Shown here one piece after another: positions 1 through 9,964 of a stretch of 64,000 nucleotides of DNA (its first letter is position 1; each line of letters starts with the position of its first letter). The DNA comes from an uncultured Olleya sp. (GTDB taxonomy: Bacteria; Bacteroidota; Bacteroidia; Flavobacteriales; Flavobacteriaceae). The stretch covers positions 9,310 to 73,309 of the forward strand of contig CANNFD010000011.1 of NCBI GenBank assembly GCA_947503885.1, written 5' to 3'. A program made the position numbers and the translations under genes. The notes beneath the pieces were generated by a model. It was not told where the DNA came from and searched no databases. It saw nothing but the letters and a program-made list of their open reading frames with translations.

Positions 1-190
1 TTATTTTTTAAGTGGTGGTATTGGTTTAGAAGAAATGGACGCAATACTTCTATTTTTAAAAAGACCAGAATCTTATTTATGTTTTGGTATAGATTTAAAT
101 AGCAAATTTGAAACCGCAGCAGGCCTAAAAGACACTAACAAGTTAAACGATTTCAAACAAAAATTGATAGCACATAACTATGAGTTTTAA
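1..190 (+). CDS. trpF: phosphoribosylanthranilate isomerase, 3' fragment (runs off window start)
   Basis: Frame starting at nt 2 reads [11 protein letters not shown]...[15 protein letters not shown]...HNYEF*, typical of the TrpF C-terminus; stop at 188-190 overlaps the trpB ATG. Confidence 0.85.
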   Translation, partial: YFLSGGIGLEEMDAILLFLKRPESYLCFGIDLNSKFETAAGLKDTNKLNDFKQKLIAHNYEF

Positions 191-1361
191 TATAAACGAC
201 AAAGGGTTTTACGGGGCTTTTGGTGGTGCATACATCCCAGAGATGCTGTATCCAAATGTCGAGGAGCTTTGTCAAAACTATCTAAAAATAATGTCTGACC
301 CTTCTTTTAAAAAAGAATTTGACCAATTGTTAAAGGATTATGTTGGACGCCCTTCTCCTCTTTATTTTGCCAAACGATTAAGCGAAAAATACAATACCAA
401 AATCTACTTAAAACGAGAAGATTTAAACCATACTGGTGCACATAAAATTAATAATACTATTGGACAAATTTTAATGGCACAACGTTTGGGCAAAACTCGT
501 ATCATTGCCGAAACCGGTGCAGGTCAACACGGTGTAGCTACCGCTACGGTTTGTGCATTAATGGGTTTAGAATGTATTGTTTACATGGGCGAAATTGATA
601 TTGCACGTCAAGCTCCAAATGTTGCTAGAATGAAGATGTTAGGCGCAGAAGTACGCCCAGCATTATCAGGAAGTCGTACACTAAAAGATGCTACAAACGA
701 AGCTATTAGAGACTGGATTAATAACCCCTTAAATACACATTATATTATTGGTAGCGTTGTTGGTCCACATCCATATCCTGACATGGTTGCACGTTTTCAG
801 GCTGTCGTGTCAGAAGAAATTAAATGGCAATTACAAGAAAAAGAAGGTCGTGAAAAACCAGATTATGTTATTGCATGTGTTGGTGGTGGTAGTAATGCTG
901 CAGGTGCTTTTTACCATTATTTAGACGATACTGATGTTAAACTTATTGCTGTAGAAGCTGCAGGAAAAGGGATTCACTCAGGTGAGAGTGCTGCAACCTC
1001 TATATTAGGAAAAGAAGGTATTATTCATGGAAGCAAAACCTTGTTAATGCAAACACAAGATGGACAGATTACAGAGCCTTATTCGATTTCAGCTGGATTA
1101 GATTACCCTGGCGTTGGCCCAATGCACGCACATTTATATAAAACTGGTCGTGCCGAGTTTATCTCAATCACAGATGACCAAGCAATGACTGCAGGTTTAG
1201 AGTTAAGCCAATTAGAAGGTATTATTCCTGCAATAGAGACATCACATGCGCTGGCAATTTTAAATGATAAAAAGTTTAACAATAACGATGTTTTAGTAAT
1301 CAATCTTTCTGGTCGTGGCGATAAAGATCTACAGAATTATATAGATTATTTTAAGTTGTAA
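180..1361 (+). CDS. trpB: tryptophan synthase beta subunit
   Basis: [19 protein letters not shown]-lysine motif, [20 protein letters not shown]. Confidence 0.98.
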   Translation: MSFNINDKGFYGAFGGAYIPEMLYPNVEELCQNYLKIMSDPSFKKEFDQLLKDYVGRPSPLYFAKRLSEKYNTKIYLKREDLNHTGAHKINNTIGQILMAQRLGKTRIIAETGAGQHGVATATVCALMGLECIVYMGEIDIARQAPNVARMKMLGAEVRPALSGSRTLKDATNEAIRDWINNPLNTHYIIGSVVGPHPYPDMVARFQAVVSEEIKWQLQEKEGREKPDYVIACVGGGSNAAGAFYHYLDDTDVKLIAVEAAGKGIHSGESAATSILGKEGIIHGSKTLLMQTQDGQITEPYSISAGLDYPGVGPMHAHLYKTGRAEFISITDDQAMTAGLELSQLEGIIPAIETSHALAILNDKKFNNNDVLVINLSGRGDKDLQNYIDYFKL

Positions 1362-1479
1362 TTAATTTAACCTTAATTATTAAAGCACCTAACAAGTTAG
1401 GTTATTAAATCTAATAAAAACTTAAACCCATAAAACAGTGTGAACCCAAAATAAATTGAGGTTGACCAAAACTATTTAA

Positions 1480-2244
1480 ATGAATCGAATTCAAACAAAA
1501 CTAAAAGAAAACAAAAAGCTATTAAGCATCTATTTTTCTGCTGGATATCCAAGTATAAACGACACAGTTTCAATAATTGAAAACTTAGAACAAAATGGAG
1601 TGGACATGATAGAAATTGGTTTACCATTTAGTGACCCTTTAGCTGATGGCCCTACTATTCAAGCTAGTTCAACTCAAGCCTTAAAAAACGGGATGACGAC
1701 AAAAGTGTTATTTGACCAAATAAAAGACATCCGTAAAACAGTTACTATTCCTTTAATAATTATGGGATATTTTAATCCAATATTACAATATGGTGTAGAA
1801 GCTTTTTGTAAAAAATGTAGACAAACAGGTATCGATGGATTGATTATACCTGATTTACCTGTTGATGTTTATAACGACCAATACAAAGCAGTTTTTGAAA
1901 AATATGGTTTAATAAACGTGTTTTTAATTACTCCTCAAACTAGCGTTGATCGTATTAATTTTATTGATTCTATTTCAAACGGATTTATTTATATGGTTAG
2001 TAGTGCAAGTGTTACTGGAGGCAATTCTGGATTTGGAGCAGAACAGACAGATTATTTTAAGCGAATTGCAAAAATGAATTTAAAAAATCCTCAAATTGTA
2101 GGATTCGGAATCTCAGATAATAAAACATTTACTCAGGCTACTGAACATACAAATGGCGCCATAATAGGTAGTGCATTTATAAAACATTTAAGTAATAATG
2201 GTGTAAAAAACATTAATCAATTTGTTTCAACAATTTTAAGATAG
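1480..2244 (+). CDS. trpA: tryptophan synthase alpha subunit
   Basis: IEIGLPFSDPLADGPTIQ motif, GFGIS, follows trpB. Confidence 0.98.
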   Translation: MNRIQTKLKENKKLLSIYFSAGYPSINDTVSIIENLEQNGVDMIEIGLPFSDPLADGPTIQASSTQALKNGMTTKVLFDQIKDIRKTVTIPLIIMGYFNPILQYGVEAFCKKCRQTGIDGLIIPDLPVDVYNDQYKAVFEKYGLINVFLITPQTSVDRINFIDSISNGFIYMVSSASVTGGNSGFGAEQTDYFKRIAKMNLKNPQIVGFGISDNKTFTQATEHTNGAIIGSAFIKHLSNNGVKNINQFVSTILR

Positions 2245-2335
2245 TTTAACAAATTGACCATATTATTTAACTAAGCCTTGTGAGACAGTTGTTTAAATAA
2301 TTTTTATATTAATTATGAACTAAAAAATATAAATT

Positions 2336-2485
2336 ATGGGAATTATAAAAGATAAAAAGAAGTTTAAAACAACCGTTAAACAAACAAATCCAACTAATCC
2401 AACTGGAAACACAAAAATGGAAACTAACGATTTTGATATCGATAAAGAGACTATCAAAAAACAACAAAATAAAACTAACAGCTAA
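2336..2485 (+). CDS. small hypothetical protein, 49 aa (not in ORF track)
   Basis: ATG 2336 after an A/T-rich leader; MGIIKDKKKFKTTVKQTNPTNPTGNTKMETNDFDIDKETIKKQQNKTNS*; followed by a terminator hairpin. Confidence 0.55.
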   Translation: MGIIKDKKKFKTTVKQTNPTNPTGNTKMETNDFDIDKETIKKQQNKTNS

Positions 2486-2505
2486 TAACAATTAGTATAG
2501 TTATT

Positions 2506-2543
2506 AAATGCTTATTCAGTATATTTGAGTAAGCATTTTTTTT
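2506..2543 (+). terminator. intrinsic terminator hairpin with U-tract; overlaps a TATATTTG -7 promoter element (2520-2527)
   Basis: AAATGCTTATTCA-loop-TGAGTAAGCATTT followed by TTTTT. Confidence 0.6.
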
Positions 2544-2768
2544 ATGAAACTACTTAACGATTTCCGACTAATATTACTACTGTGTCTAACCTTAGGCTTA
2601 GCACCTTTTTTTCCAGAACCTCACCTTTGGGGTAAACTAAAATGGATAGCAGGTGGTGCAAAAGGCATGCAACTTACAGATTGGTTTGATGTATTAATGC
2701 ACGGTTTACCTTGGGTGCTTTTAATTAGACTATTAATTTTAAAACTGACCTCAAAAAATGTCTCTTAA
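2544..2768 (+). CDS. small hypothetical membrane protein
   Basis: 74 aa, two hydrophobic segments, LGLAPFFPEPHLWGKLKW motif. Confidence 0.7.
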   Translation: MKLLNDFRLILLLCLTLGLAPFFPEPHLWGKLKWIAGGAKGMQLTDWFDVLMHGLPWVLLIRLLILKLTSKNVS

Positions 2769-3213
2769 TATTGTTTTAGTTGAACCTGAAATACCAAATA
2801 ACACAGGTAATATTGGAAGACTAGCTTTAGCTTCCGGAAGTAAATTACATCTAGTAAAACCCTTCGGGTTTGAACTTAGTGACAAACGCTTAAAGCGCGC
2901 CGGATTAGACTATTGGCAACATTTAGATGTCATTATGTACGATTCTGTAGATGATTTTTTTAATAAAAATAAAGCTGCTAATTTTGCTTTTTTTTCTAGT
3001 CATGGTACTAAATCTCATTGGGATATTCCATTTAAAGACAATCAGTTTTTAGTCTTCGGAAAAGAATCGGTTGGATTAGAAAAAACTATATTAAAAACAC
3101 ATGCAAATGCTCTATACAAAATACCTTTGTATAGTAACCACATTAGAAGCCTAAACCTTGCTAACTCAGTAGGCATTGTTGTATACGAAGGTTTAAGACA
3201 ACTTCAAAAATAA
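2758..3213 (+). CDS. trmL: tRNA (cytidine/uridine-34 2'-O)-methyltransferase, SpoU family
   Basis: IVLVEPEIPNNTGNIGR, LKRAGLDYW, FGKESVGL, RSLNLANSV. Confidence 0.93.
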   Translation: MSLNIVLVEPEIPNNTGNIGRLALASGSKLHLVKPFGFELSDKRLKRAGLDYWQHLDVIMYDSVDDFFNKNKAANFAFFSSHGTKSHWDIPFKDNQFLVFGKESVGLEKTILKTHANALYKIPLYSNHIRSLNLANSVGIVVYEGLRQLQK

Positions 3214-3216
3214 TTT

Positions 3217-4152
3217 ATGGAATCTAAAAAAACTAAAGTTTTAAAATCTGTTTCAGAGTATTTTCAAATCGCATTAGGTATTGTACTAGCTAGTATAGGT
3301 TTAAAAGCTTTTTTATTACCAAATGGATTTTTAGATGGTGGAGTAACGGGAATTGCGCTACTTATTAATGGCTTAATTGGCATCAATATTTCTTTGTTAC
3401 TAGTGTTATTTAGTATTCCTTTTTTAATTATAGGATACTACACCGTTTCTAAACGTATTATACTAAAATCCATAATAAGTATTATTGGTCTTGCACTTTT
3501 TATTCATTTTGAAAATTTTGAAGTCATTACAGAAGACAAGTTTTTAATTTCAATCTTTGGTGGTTTATTTTTAGGTTCAGGAATTGGTATTGCCATCAGA
3601 AATGGTTCTGTCTTGGATGGATCTGAAATTTTAGGAATCTTTATTAATGACCGTTTTGGAATAAGTATTGGAAAAGTAATCCTACTTTTTAATGTTATAT
3701 TATTTACCATTACAGCATTTGTAATCTCTAAAGAAATAGCCATGTACTCTATTCTTACCTACATTGTGACTGCAAAGGTTACCGATCTTGTAATTGAAGG
3801 ATATGAGGATTTTATTGGAGTTTCCATCGTGTCTAAAGATTATAACGAAATTAAACTAGCAATAATTAAAGAGCTTGGTGCTGGAATGACAATTTACAAA
3901 GGTAAAAAAGGCTTTATTACTAAAGGTGAAAATGAAGATATTGATATTATACACACCATTATCAACCGTATTGACATTAAAAAAATGTATCGTATTGTAT
4001 CAAATATAGATGAAGATGCTTTTATTGTAGAGTTTGATGTTAACAATGTAAAGGGTGGTGTATTACGTCGTTATTTACATAGAAAAAAAGGCAAAAAACT
4101 AGCTAAATTCTTAGCTCAAACTGAATTAAAACAACCTGTAATAAAACAATAA
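3217..4152 (+). CDS. YitT family membrane protein
   Basis: FLDGGVTGIALL, GSVLDGSEILG, multiple TM helices, C-terminal soluble domain. Confidence 0.88.
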   Translation: MESKKTKVLKSVSEYFQIALGIVLASIGLKAFLLPNGFLDGGVTGIALLINGLIGINISLLLVLFSIPFLIIGYYTVSKRIILKSIISIIGLALFIHFENFEVITEDKFLISIFGGLFLGSGIGIAIRNGSVLDGSEILGIFINDRFGISIGKVILLFNVILFTITAFVISKEIAMYSILTYIVTAKVTDLVIEGYEDFIGVSIVSKDYNEIKLAIIKELGAGMTIYKGKKGFITKGENEDIDIIHTIINRIDIKKMYRIVSNIDEDAFIVEFDVNNVKGGVLRRYLHRKKGKKLAKFLAQTELKQPVIKQ

Positions 4153-4196
4153 AGGTGGGATTGATGTAAGGTTATTTGCCTTTTTAAAGACAAGAT

Positions 4197-4424
4197 TTAC
4201 TTCTTATTTTTCTTTAAATAATCTAAATACATGTTTTCTACTTTGGTTCTAGCCCAAGGTGTACGACGTAAAAATTTTAAACTAGACTTTACCGAAGGGT
4301 TATCGTTGAAACATTTTATATTAATAACATGTCCCATATATTCCCAGCCATAATGCGCCTGTAAATCGGTAACGATTTGTTCTAATTTAATTCCGTGTAA
4401 AGGGTTATTTTTTTGTGTTTCCAC
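4197..4424 (-). CDS. VF530/DUF2132 family putative nucleic-acid-binding protein
   Basis: [13 protein letters not shown]...HYGWE...[21 protein letters not shown]. Confidence 0.85.
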   Translation of the reverse strand: METQKNNPLHGIKLEQIVTDLQAHYGWEYMGHVINIKCFNDNPSVKSSLKFLRRTPWARTKVENMYLDYLKKNKK

Positions 4425-4639
4425 TAGTTGTTTTCTATTAAGCTTTTAATTTTAACTGCTTTTTCAAAATGATCCAATTTATTAGTCTTAATCCACCATG
4501 TAGCAACTTCCATAAGTAATTCTGGACTATCATTTTTATTTTTGAAAAAAGCATAAAAAGAGACTCCAACCTGATCACCCTTTTGGGCAATTTTTTGATT
4601 GCAAGTCTCAATTATTTTATTTTTTAATGCAAGAGTCAT
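4424..4639 (-). CDS. small conserved hypothetical protein (DUF6500-like)
   Basis: 71 aa, KG..VG.SFYAFF.NKND.PELLME.ATWWI pattern; stop/start overlap with the downstream gene. Confidence 0.65.
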   Translation of the reverse strand: MTLALKNKIIETCNQKIAQKGDQVGVSFYAFFKNKNDSPELLMEVATWWIKTNKLDHFEKAVKIKSLIENN

Positions 4640-4647
4640 GTTAAAGA

Positions 4648-5955
4648 CTAACTGTTAGATCGTCTACTGTCGTTGTTTCTGCTTTTAGACTTGCTTCTAT
4701 TACGACCACCTGAGTTTGAAGACGAATTACCTCTAGATTTACCTTTTTCGCCTTTAGGCTTATTGTTTCTAGGTTGTTGTCTTCTGTTTTGTCCTGGTTT
4801 AATTGGCACTGTTGAGGCGTTAGGGTCTGGCTCAAAACCTTCTAAAATATCAACTGGCAACTTCATACCAATTAATTTTTCGATATCTCTTAAAAAAGTA
4901 GTCTCGTCTGCACTTACCAAACTTATTGCTTCACCATTAGCTCCTGCACGACCTGTACGACCAATTCTGTGTACATAATCTTCAGAGATATTTGGGATTT
5001 CAAAGTTAATAACGTGAGGTAATAAAGGGATATCTAAACCACGAGCAGCAATATCTGTTGCTACTAAAACACTTACACTTCCGTTTTTAAATCCAGCCAA
5101 TGCTTTTGTACGTGCACCCTGACTTTTATTTCCATGGATTGCAGCTGCTTTAATACCAGCTTTAATCATTTTTTCTACTAACTTGTTGGCACCATGCTTA
5201 GTACGTGTAAAAACAAGTACTTGTTTCCAATTACCATCATTAATTAACTTAATAATTAAATCCGTTTTCTTTGCTTTAGCAACTCTATATATTTTTTGTG
5301 CAATAGCATCAACCGTTGTGTTTTCTGGAGTCGCTTCTACTTGTACAGGACGATTTAAAATTCCGTTTGCTAGTTTTCTAATATCTTTAGAGAACGTAGC
5401 AGAGAACATTAAGTTTTGACGTTTGTCTGGCATAAGTTTCATTACGCGCTCAATATCGCGTAAAAACCCCATGTCTAGCATACGGTCTGCTTCATCTAAA
5501 ACAAAAATTTCTACACGTTTTAAAGACAGTAAGCCTTGGCTTTCTAGATCTATTAAACGCCCAGGTGTCGCAACTAACACATCAATACCTTGACGTATTG
5601 TTGCAGCTTGAGGTTTTTGATTAACCCCTCCAAATATAACAGCACTTCTCAAGTTTAAAAACTCGCTATACTCTTTTACATTTGCATATACTTGTGCTGC
5701 TAACTCACGTGTTGGCGTTAAAATTAACGCACGGATAGGTCTATATTTTTCTTTCGGGTTTTCCGATAATATGTGTAATAATGGCAGTGTAAAACCTGCT
5801 GTTTTACCAGTTCCTGTTTGTGCAGAAGCTAAAACATCGCGACCTTCTAATACTGGTGGAATGGCTTTTGCTTGAATTGGACTTGGTGTAGTGTATCCTT
5901 TTTTACTAATTGCTTTTAGTAAGGCTTCGGATAAGCCTAAAGATTGAAATGACAT
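4648..5955 (-). CDS. rhlE: DEAD-box RNA helicase (RhlE-like)
   Basis: [31 protein letters not shown]; basic disordered C-tail. Confidence 0.9.
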   Translation of the reverse strand: MSFQSLGLSEALLKAISKKGYTTPSPIQAKAIPPVLEGRDVLASAQTGTGKTAGFTLPLLHILSENPKEKYRPIRALILTPTRELAAQVYANVKEYSEFLNLRSAVIFGGVNQKPQAATIRQGIDVLVATPGRLIDLESQGLLSLKRVEIFVLDEADRMLDMGFLRDIERVMKLMPDKRQNLMFSATFSKDIRKLANGILNRPVQVEATPENTTVDAIAQKIYRVAKAKKTDLIIKLINDGNWKQVLVFTRTKHGANKLVEKMIKAGIKAAAIHGNKSQGARTKALAGFKNGSVSVLVATDIAARGLDIPLLPHVINFEIPNISEDYVHRIGRTGRAGANGEAISLVSADETTFLRDIEKLIGMKLPVDILEGFEPDPNASTVPIKPGQNRRQQPRNNKPKGEKGKSRGNSSSNSGGRNRSKSKSRNNDSRRSNS

Positions 5956-6012
5956 AAATACTGTTTATCGAGATAAACACTATTTAGTTAGGTTACCTCT
6001 TTTAATTTGATG

Positions 6013-6020
6013 CAAAGGTA
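6013..6020 (-). promoter_or_regulatory. Bacteroidota sigma-A -7 element (TACCTTTG) for the helicase operon
   Basis: Matches the TAnnTTTG consensus ~58 nt upstream of the ATG. Confidence 0.6.
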
Positions 6021-6298
6021 CGTTATTTAATGGGTTTTAAATTATAATTGGCTTTTGTTTATGTTTTGACTTAACTGAAGTTGTCTTTTTTTAAACAGAA
6101 TTAATAAAAAAACATAAGCCCTTTTAGCACTTGCAATCCTATATTTAAATCTAAAACAAATAGATTGCTAATTAGGATTTTTGCTTCGCTTTTAATTTAC
6201 TAAATTGTGTGCTTAATCTAATATTTTTGTCATTACAACAATCGTTAAACACTTAACGCGCCAACTACTTTTACAAGTAATAAAACCTAAAATAAAAA

Positions 6299-7768
6299 AT
6301 GAAACTTCTTAAAAAAGCACTTTTACTATTATTATCACTGCTTGTGATTTTTATAATCTATTTAGGTTTTAACACCTTAAATTTTAATTCAACCCAAATA
6401 CAACACTCCCCTATAAATAACATTAACCTTGATAAGTCTTCAATAAGCAATTTTTCTAAGGCTATAAAAATTAAAACAATATCTCCTGAAAACTCAGTTG
6501 ATTTTGACTCTATTCAGTTTTATAAATTTAACGCGTTTTTAAAAAACACATACCCTTTAACAGACTCTTTATTAGTAAAAAAGAATTTTAATTCTTTTAG
6601 TTTTTTATATAAATGGGAAGGCATTAATCCTACTTTAAAGCCAATTGTATTAATGGCGCATATTGATATTGTACCTGTTATTAAAGAAAATATACCACAT
6701 TGGAAACATGATGCTTTTGGAGGAGAAATAATAAAAGACACTATTTGGGGACGAGGCACAATAGACAATAAAGTTGGAGTTATTGGTATAATGGAATCTT
6801 TGGAATCTTTATTAAAAGAGGGCTATGTACCACAACGTAGTGTTTATATCGCTTTTGGTCATGATGAAGAAATTGGTGGTTTAAATGGCGCTAAAGTAAT
6901 TGCAAATCATTTAAAAAAAGAAGGTATTGAAGCAGAATATGTATTAGATGAAGGCGGTTATATTGTACAACAACTAATCCCAAGTGTAGAAAAAGATGTT
7001 GCACTAATTGGTATTGCCGAAAAAGGGTTTCTCTCTTTAGAACTATCTGTAAAAATAGAAGGAGGACACTCGTCAATGCCAGAAAACGAAACTGCTATAG
7101 ATGTCATTTCCAATGCTATTTCCAAACTAAAACACAACCCTTTTCCTGCAAAAATCTCTCCTCCAATCGAGCATTTTATCAAACACCTAGGTCCAGAAAT
7201 GCCTTTTGTTAATAAAATGGTATTTGCTAATAAGACCATTTTTAAATCATTAATTACTAGTATCTACGAAAAATCAGCATCTGGTAATGCATTGGTTAGA
7301 ACTACAACTTCTCCAACTATTTTTAATAGTGGCGTAAAAGAAAATATAATTCCGCATTCTGCAAAAGCAACCATAAACTTCAGGATTATTCCAGGAGAAA
7401 CCATTGCTAGTGTTATTGATCGTGTAACTAAAGTTATAGATGATCAGCGCATCACTATTACTAAAGGCGAATTTATATCAGAACCATCTAAGGTTTCAAG
7501 CACTGAATCTTTTGGTTATAAGACGTTACATAAGACTATTTCAGAAATTTACCCAGAAGCACTTGTAGCACCTTACTTGGTTGTTGGTGGGACCGACTCT
7601 AAACATTTTAGCACAATTACAGATAATATTTATAGGTTTTCTGCAATCAAATTAAATAAAGGAAATATTAAATCTTTTCATGGTTTAAATGAAAGATTAG
7701 CAGTTAGTGATTTTGAAACCTCAATTAAATTTTATCATCAATTAATAAAAAGTAGTACTTCAAAATAA
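6299..7768 (+). CDS. M20 family metallopeptidase (carboxypeptidase S / PM20D1-like), N-terminal membrane anchor
   Basis: LMAHIDIVP, IWGRGTIDNK, GHDEEIGG, VLDEGG, GGHSSMP, FHGLNER. Confidence 0.88.
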   Translation: MKLLKKALLLLLSLLVIFIIYLGFNTLNFNSTQIQHSPINNINLDKSSISNFSKAIKIKTISPENSVDFDSIQFYKFNAFLKNTYPLTDSLLVKKNFNSFSFLYKWEGINPTLKPIVLMAHIDIVPVIKENIPHWKHDAFGGEIIKDTIWGRGTIDNKVGVIGIMESLESLLKEGYVPQRSVYIAFGHDEEIGGLNGAKVIANHLKKEGIEAEYVLDEGGYIVQQLIPSVEKDVALIGIAEKGFLSLELSVKIEGGHSSMPENETAIDVISNAISKLKHNPFPAKISPPIEHFIKHLGPEMPFVNKMVFANKTIFKSLITSIYEKSASGNALVRTTTSPTIFNSGVKENIIPHSAKATINFRIIPGETIASVIDRVTKVIDDQRITITKGEFISEPSKVSSTESFGYKTLHKTISEIYPEALVAPYLVVGGTDSKHFSTITDNIYRFSAIKLNKGNIKSFHGLNERLAVSDFETSIKFYHQLIKSSTSK

Positions 7769-7781
7769 TTTTTTTAAACTG

Positions 7782-8471
7782 CTAAAAAAACTCGCTATAC
7801 TGCATTACCCTAAAATCGAAGGTATTAAATTTTGGGTTTTTAGCTTTTAGCTGCTTGTATAAAGGATTGCTTCCTATGGCAATATTTGCTGCACCAGACC
7901 CTGAAGTTAAGGACACAGTTTTTATAATTCTTTTTTGTTTTATAGTTACAATACTACTTTTTATAAGACTTGGTAATACAAACTGATGGATTTTAGGTGT
8001 CACATTTGACACTAATTCTAATTTAATATTATAGTCTTTTATGTGTTTTCTAAAAAAGTACTCTGGTCCGTTTTTACTATTTCCACCGGTAAACAATAAT
8101 GTTTTTATAGAAGGATACTTTTGTAAATAACCAATTACATCTCTTAGTTTAATATTGGTCATTCCTATATCTGAAGCATCTATTTTTTCTCGTTCTGCAC
8201 TGCCCACAATATCACAAACACCAATTTTGTTTTTTATTAAAAAGTCTTTTCTTTGGCTTATTGCTTCTTTTGAATTGTCGTAACGCAATCCTAAATCATG
8301 TATTTTATCTATATATAACCACAAACTGTTATAATAACTTCCGTAACAAAAATCTACGTCTTTCTCCAATAGCTCTCCAGTTGTAAAACGTGGAGGAGGT
8401 AATGTACCTACAATTAGTTTTTTGGTATCGTCTTTTATAAATGGTGGATAGGGATGCTTGTGTTTAAACAT
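7782..8471 (-). CDS. uracil-DNA glycosylase superfamily protein (mismatch-specific type)
   Basis: HPYPPFI...LIVGTLPP, FCYGS..N.LW, LLFTGG, LTSGSG. Confidence 0.75.
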   Translation of the reverse strand: MFKHKHPYPPFIKDDTKKLIVGTLPPPRFTTGELLEKDVDFCYGSYYNSLWLYIDKIHDLGLRYDNSKEAISQRKDFLIKNKIGVCDIVGSAEREKIDASDIGMTNIKLRDVIGYLQKYPSIKTLLFTGGNSKNGPEYFFRKHIKDYNIKLELVSNVTPKIHQFVLPSLIKSSIVTIKQKRIIKTVSLTSGSGAANIAIGSNPLYKQLKAKNPKFNTFDFRVMQYSEFF

Positions 8472-8619
8472 AGTTTTTATTCAGACAATTTACGTTTTAC
8501 TAAAATTTACAACAACTTTATGACTTTAATATTTGCTAAAAGCAATGGTTTTAGTAACTTAATGGATATTAAAATTAACTTAATAAGACTCCTAATTTAA
8601 AGGGATAAAAACAACAAAC

Positions 8620-8757
8620 ATGGGTAAAGGTGATAAAAAAACTAAACGCGGAAAAATTAATAGAGGAACTTTTGGTGTTAGACGCCCACGAATTAAAAAA
8701 CGTGTAAGACCTGAAACTAGAATTAGTGTGGATAAAAAAACTAAAGTTAAACCTTAA
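8620..8757 (+). CDS. thx: 30S ribosomal protein THX (bS31), 45 aa (not in ORF track)
   Basis: MGKGDKKTKRGKINRGTFGVRRPRIKK..., the characteristic THX N-terminus. Confidence 0.88.
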   Translation: MGKGDKKTKRGKINRGTFGVRRPRIKKRVRPETRISVDKKTKVKP

Positions 8758-9085
8758 ATCTTTCTCCTAATTGTTTTCCTATGTAGTAAGCGCCATAAAC
8801 TGCAAGTATTAAAATTACAATAGTAAAAAACACATAAAGTGGGTATAAAAACACGTCTACTTTAGAGTTTAAACAAAAGGTGTCTGTTATGCAAATAGTT
8901 ACTGTGTCTTCATATAATTGTGGTAATAAAAAGCTAATTGCTAATAAGGCACCAATTACCGTTAAAGCATACAATACATTATTGTTTTTTTTTGGTTTTC
9001 CGGTGGCTTTAAATAAGTCACGTTCTGTGTCAGTACGTTTATTATCTTGTAAAGACCAGGTCTTTTTGGGTTGAGAGGTTTCCAT
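8747..9085 (-). CDS. hypothetical membrane protein with two TM helices
   Basis: ORF track starts at TTG 9088; ATG at 9085; overlaps the yaaA 3' end and the thx 3' end. Confidence 0.65.
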   Translation of the reverse strand: METSQPKKTWSLQDNKRTDTERDLFKATGKPKKNNNVLYALTVIGALLAISFLLPQLYEDTVTICITDTFCLNSKVDVFLYPLYVFFTIVILILAVYGAYYIGKQLGERFKV

Positions 9086-9800
9086 CAAATTGGTAATTAT
9101 TATAATTAAATCCTTTTAAATCGTCAATAGTTTTTGCATTGGTATCAATAACATATCTAGCCATTAAACCACGTGCTTCTTTGGCATAAAAAGATATTAT
9201 TTTAAGTTTTCCGTTCTTCAATTCTTTAAAAGTTGCAGTAACTACTGGTACTTTTAGTGCTTTTGTATCTACTGCTTTAAAATACTCGTTACTGGCTAGG
9301 TTTAAAAACAGCTCATCATCTTCTAACTCTTCATTTAAAGACTTTACGATGTCTTTTTTCCAGAATTCATATAGATTTTTTTTACTTCCAACAGGAAGTT
9401 TTGTTCCCATTTCTAGTCGGTAAGGTTGTATTAAATCTAATGGTTTTAACACACCATATAATCCTGATAAAATCCTAACAGTATTCTGGGCTAAGTCTAT
9501 TTTATCCTCTGTAATTGTATAGGCATCCAAACCTTTGTAAACATCTCCGTTAAAGGCATAGATAGCTTGTCTTGCATTATCTTTTGTAAAGGGTAATGTC
9601 CAATCTTGATTACGATTATAATTTAGTTGTGCTAAATTATCGCTAATGCTCATTAACTTTGATAAGTCTTGTGGCTTTTGTTTTTTTAGTAATTTATTTA
9701 GTTTTTTAGATTGCTCTAAAAATATAGATTGTGTTGCTTTTGTTATTGGTAATTTTGTTTCAAAATCTAAAGATTTTGCTGGAGATATTACTAGTTTCAT
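9042..9800 (-). CDS. yaaA: peroxide stress protein YaaA (UPF0246)
   Basis: MKLVISPAKSLD, AIYAFNGDVY, ILSGLYGVLKPLDLIQPYRLEMGT, LNLASNEY, ARGLMARY. Confidence 0.95.
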   Translation of the reverse strand: MKLVISPAKSLDFETKLPITKATQSIFLEQSKKLNKLLKKQKPQDLSKLMSISDNLAQLNYNRNQDWTLPFTKDNARQAIYAFNGDVYKGLDAYTITEDKIDLAQNTVRILSGLYGVLKPLDLIQPYRLEMGTKLPVGSKKNLYEFWKKDIVKSLNEELEDDELFLNLASNEYFKAVDTKALKVPVVTATFKELKNGKLKIISFYAKEARGLMARYVIDTNAKTIDDLKGFNYNNYQFDGNLSTQKDLVFTR

Positions 9801-9964
9801 TTATTATAGCTTTTGGCTATTAGCGGTTTGCCTCTAGCACTTAATGTTGTGATTTGTTATTGTATAACTTAAGTACTAAAATACAAATTGTATCCTGTTT
9901 AAAAAAGCTGAAACTATAGTAATTTTATATTTCAAAATATGGTTTTACTATAACGCTAGGTTTT

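Noticed and set aside
1387-1402. Short palindrome ACCTAAC-AA-GTTAGGT in the 118-nt trpB-trpA gap
   Set aside because: May be a collapsed REP-like remnant, but it is a single short copy with no supporting context
1-2244. trp attenuator or leader peptide
   Set aside because: The operon start lies outside the window; nothing attenuator-like is visible internally
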